From: Yuukianura sp. NJ FZ-2021
Taxonomy: Eukaryota
DNA: 64,000 nt
Direction: 5' to 3'
Assembly: GCA_046563655.1 (NCBI GenBank)
Contig: CM102285.1
Span: 7,130,001 to 7,194,000 of the forward strand
Positions 61,698 to 64,000 of the stretch are shown here, one piece after another. The notes beneath the pieces were generated by a model that was given only the letters and a program-made list of their open reading frames with translations, was not told the origin of the DNA and did not search any database. Every line of letters begins with the position of its first letter. Within the stretch, counting starts at the first letter, position 1. A program made the position numbers and the translations under genes.

Positions 61698-62408
61698 CTG
61701 TCCCTCAGAAGCTATAAACGACCCTCTGGAAATGAGGAATTATGGCGGCTTGTCAAAAAAATCGGTCCACAAAAATAAAAGTCACCGTTTTTCAGTAAAG
61801 CGGTTTTCCTGCCACAGATTGTTCAAAATTTTTATTCTTTCACAATTTCGACCTTTGTTTCAAAATTTTGAACATATTTTTTCAAAATTTTGAAGTTTTT
61901 TTTCAAAATTTTGAAAAAAGTCCAAAATTTTTGAAAAAAGTTAGTTTTTGAAAAAAAGTTGAAAATTTTGAAAAAAGTTGAAAATTCTGAAAAAAGTTGA
62001 AAATTTTGAAAAAAGTTGAAAATTTTGAAAAAAGTTGAAAATTTTGAAAAAAGTTCAAAATTTTGAAAAAAGTTCAAAATTTTGAAATAACTTCAACATT
62101 TTGACAAAAAATGTTCAAAATTTTGAAAAAAAAGTTCAAAATTTTGAAAAAAGTTACAGTTTTTGGAAAAAGTTCGAAATTTTGGAGAAAGTTCAAAATT
62201 TTGAAAAAAACTTCAAAATTTTGAAAAAATATGTTCAAAATTTTGAAACAAAGGTCGAAATTGTGAAAGAATAAAAATTTTGAACAATCTGTGGCAGGAA
62301 AACCGCTTTACTGAAAAACGGTGACTTTTATTTTTGTGAACCGACTTTTTTGACAAGCCGCCATAATTCCTCATTTCCAGAGGGTCGTTTATAGCTTCTG
62401 AGGGACAG
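61698..62408. mobile_element. TA-flanked foldback MITE with central ~20-bp AAAAAAGTT(C/G)AAAATTTTG array
   Basis: TA|CTGTCCCTCAGAAGCTATAAACGACCC ... GGGTCGTTTATAGCTTCTGAGGGACAG|TA. Near-perfect arms of about 200 bp. Confidence 0.85.
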
Positions 62409-62790
62409 TAAGTAAAGTATAAGTAAAGTATTTTTTATGAAAACTTTACCTCCACCTTGTACATCACTGTACATATTTGAGGAAATGTTTGTAACGTTTC
62501 CTTTACGTTTCCGTTTGCACGATTGCGTGTTTCAGATTCCGTTTTTAGGCTGATTTGCAGTCAAAAATATGTCAAGTGACAAAGACAGTATGTTATGAAA
62601 TTTTGAGTGTCATAAGCAGACCTGTGAGAAGAAAGGGGAATTTTTTTAAGGACTTATTTGTCTTTAATAAGTTTTAAAATCTTTAAAATGTTTTAAAAAC
62701 TTTTTTCGCTCTTTTTTCTTTATCGAAAATCAGGTAAAAACTGGAAATTTGGGTCAACAAATGCAATCTGGTCAGAAATTTCTTCATTTT

Positions 62791-63740
62791 AGTCTTCTGG
62801 AGACGCATGTCTACGACATGCTGAAGAAGACTTGATACGACTTTTCTGTCCGTCTGTCACATTTTTTAGGAAACTTTCCACTTAAACATAAGCCCCAACG
62901 CAGTCGGGGGGTTATGTATGGCTCAAGTGTTTTTGGTAGGTCTGTATTCTACTAAAAATGTTATATTAACAACGTGAAAATTAGCGGCTACTTCCCGTTG
63001 CCGACTCTTCTGACTTAAATTTTTTTGACACCTCTGCATTGCACTCAAAATATTTTTAAACAACGAAGTTTTGATCTGTTCACTTTGTGACAGTATGTTT
63101 ATTTACGTTGTTAATTTGTCTTTTATTAGAGGGTAGAAATTCCAGCTTAAATTCATAATATGTAAACAACGCTTGACAGGGTGTAAATTTGCATTCATAA
63201 GAAATTTTATAATTTTGAATTTAAACAAACGATATTAGAGGCCTAACAATCAACGTTCCATTTTATTTAAACAACGAAGTTTTGACCTTGTTAGTTGCTG
63301 ACAGTATGTTTATTCACGTTGTTAATTTAAGCCTAGTTAGAGGGTAGAAATTCCAGCTTAAATCCGTAGTACGTAAGCAGCAAATGGGAGGGTTCAAATT
63401 TGCATTCATAAGAAATTTTTATGATTTTGATTTTAAAGAAACGATATTTGACCTCTACCCCACAACGTACAGTTTTGTGCATGATGCACACAATTGAAGG
63501 TTTGTGCAGGTTTGAGAACTACCTTGAGCATTGCCATGACAACATCGACAATACATTATGTGCATCTTCCTCAACAAATTAAGAACATCAATCAAGAACG
63601 ATATTCGACCCCTTCTCCTAAACATTCAATTTTGTGCATTTGGTGCACAACAAATTAACAACATCAATTCAGTGCAGATGTTGTCGGCCTCAAAACTTTA
63701 ACAAGATTTTCTTTCAATTTAAGGTGTGCGGACACCCTGG
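62791..63740 (+). mobile_element. Fourth, more diverged copy of the HINE family, opposite orientation
   Basis: TTTT|AGTCTTCTGGAGACGCA..GAAGAAGACTTGATACGACTTT..GTCCGTCTGTC is the reverse complement of the ends at 49502, 50541 and 51426. CCTTGAGCATTGCC at ~63522. Right boundary approximate. Confidence 0.7.
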
Positions 63741-63833
63741 AAACTGGGGGTCAAAATGCCGCTGTAACACATGAAATGAAAAATGATCTGGGACACCGTA
63801 GAAAGGTCATACAATGACCCACAATATATCAAA

Positions 63834-64000
63834 CTTTAGGAAAAGACTTGATCTAGTTTCTCGCTAAAAAAAAATTACAAAGTTTTGGTTCCATCTACGT
63901 AAATATGGAGGTGGAATGTTTGGGTCCATTTTTTTTACAGTTACAACTAAAACTTTGTAATTTTTTTTAGCGAGAAACTAGATCAAGTCTTTTCCTAAAG
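63834..64000. repeat. Inverted repeat running off the window end
   Basis: CTTTAGGAAAAGACTTGATCTAGTTTCTCGCTAAAAA..TTACAAAGTTTT is mirrored at 63949-64000. Confidence 0.8.

Noticed and set aside
61832..62077. Phe/Lys-rich ORF
   Set aside because: Translation of an A/T-tract array in a foldback MITE.

Overview
AT-rich, intron-containing eukaryotic DNA, most consistent with an arthropod; a springtail-like hexapod is only my inference from gene style. The window is dominated by transposons. Centrepiece: an apparently intact, young Ty3/Gypsy LTR retrotransposon (22268-28904) with 377/378-bp LTRs, an AATT TSD and a gag/pol -1 frameshift with a pseudoknot. In the env position it has a third ORF that is not env: it encodes a Pro/Arg-rich CCHC zinc-knuckle protein and appears to carry its own spliceosomal intron. 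Second striking structure (44557-47770): a palindromic IS3EU-like element whose exact central CG has received two different TIR elements side by side, each junction being CG. Also present: Transib-, hAT-, Tc1/mariner- and Spy-like non-autonomous elements, a head-to-tail array of DINE-1/HINE-type Helentron derivatives with an internal 145/150-bp satellite, and a decayed LINE. Host genes: an intact 5-exon Beat-like Ig gene, a broken Beat-like paralog, a 3-exon gustatory-receptor-like gene and an intronless secreted Cys-rich protein. No rRNA, tRNA or CRISPR array is supported. All family calls are motif recognition by eye; no searches were run.
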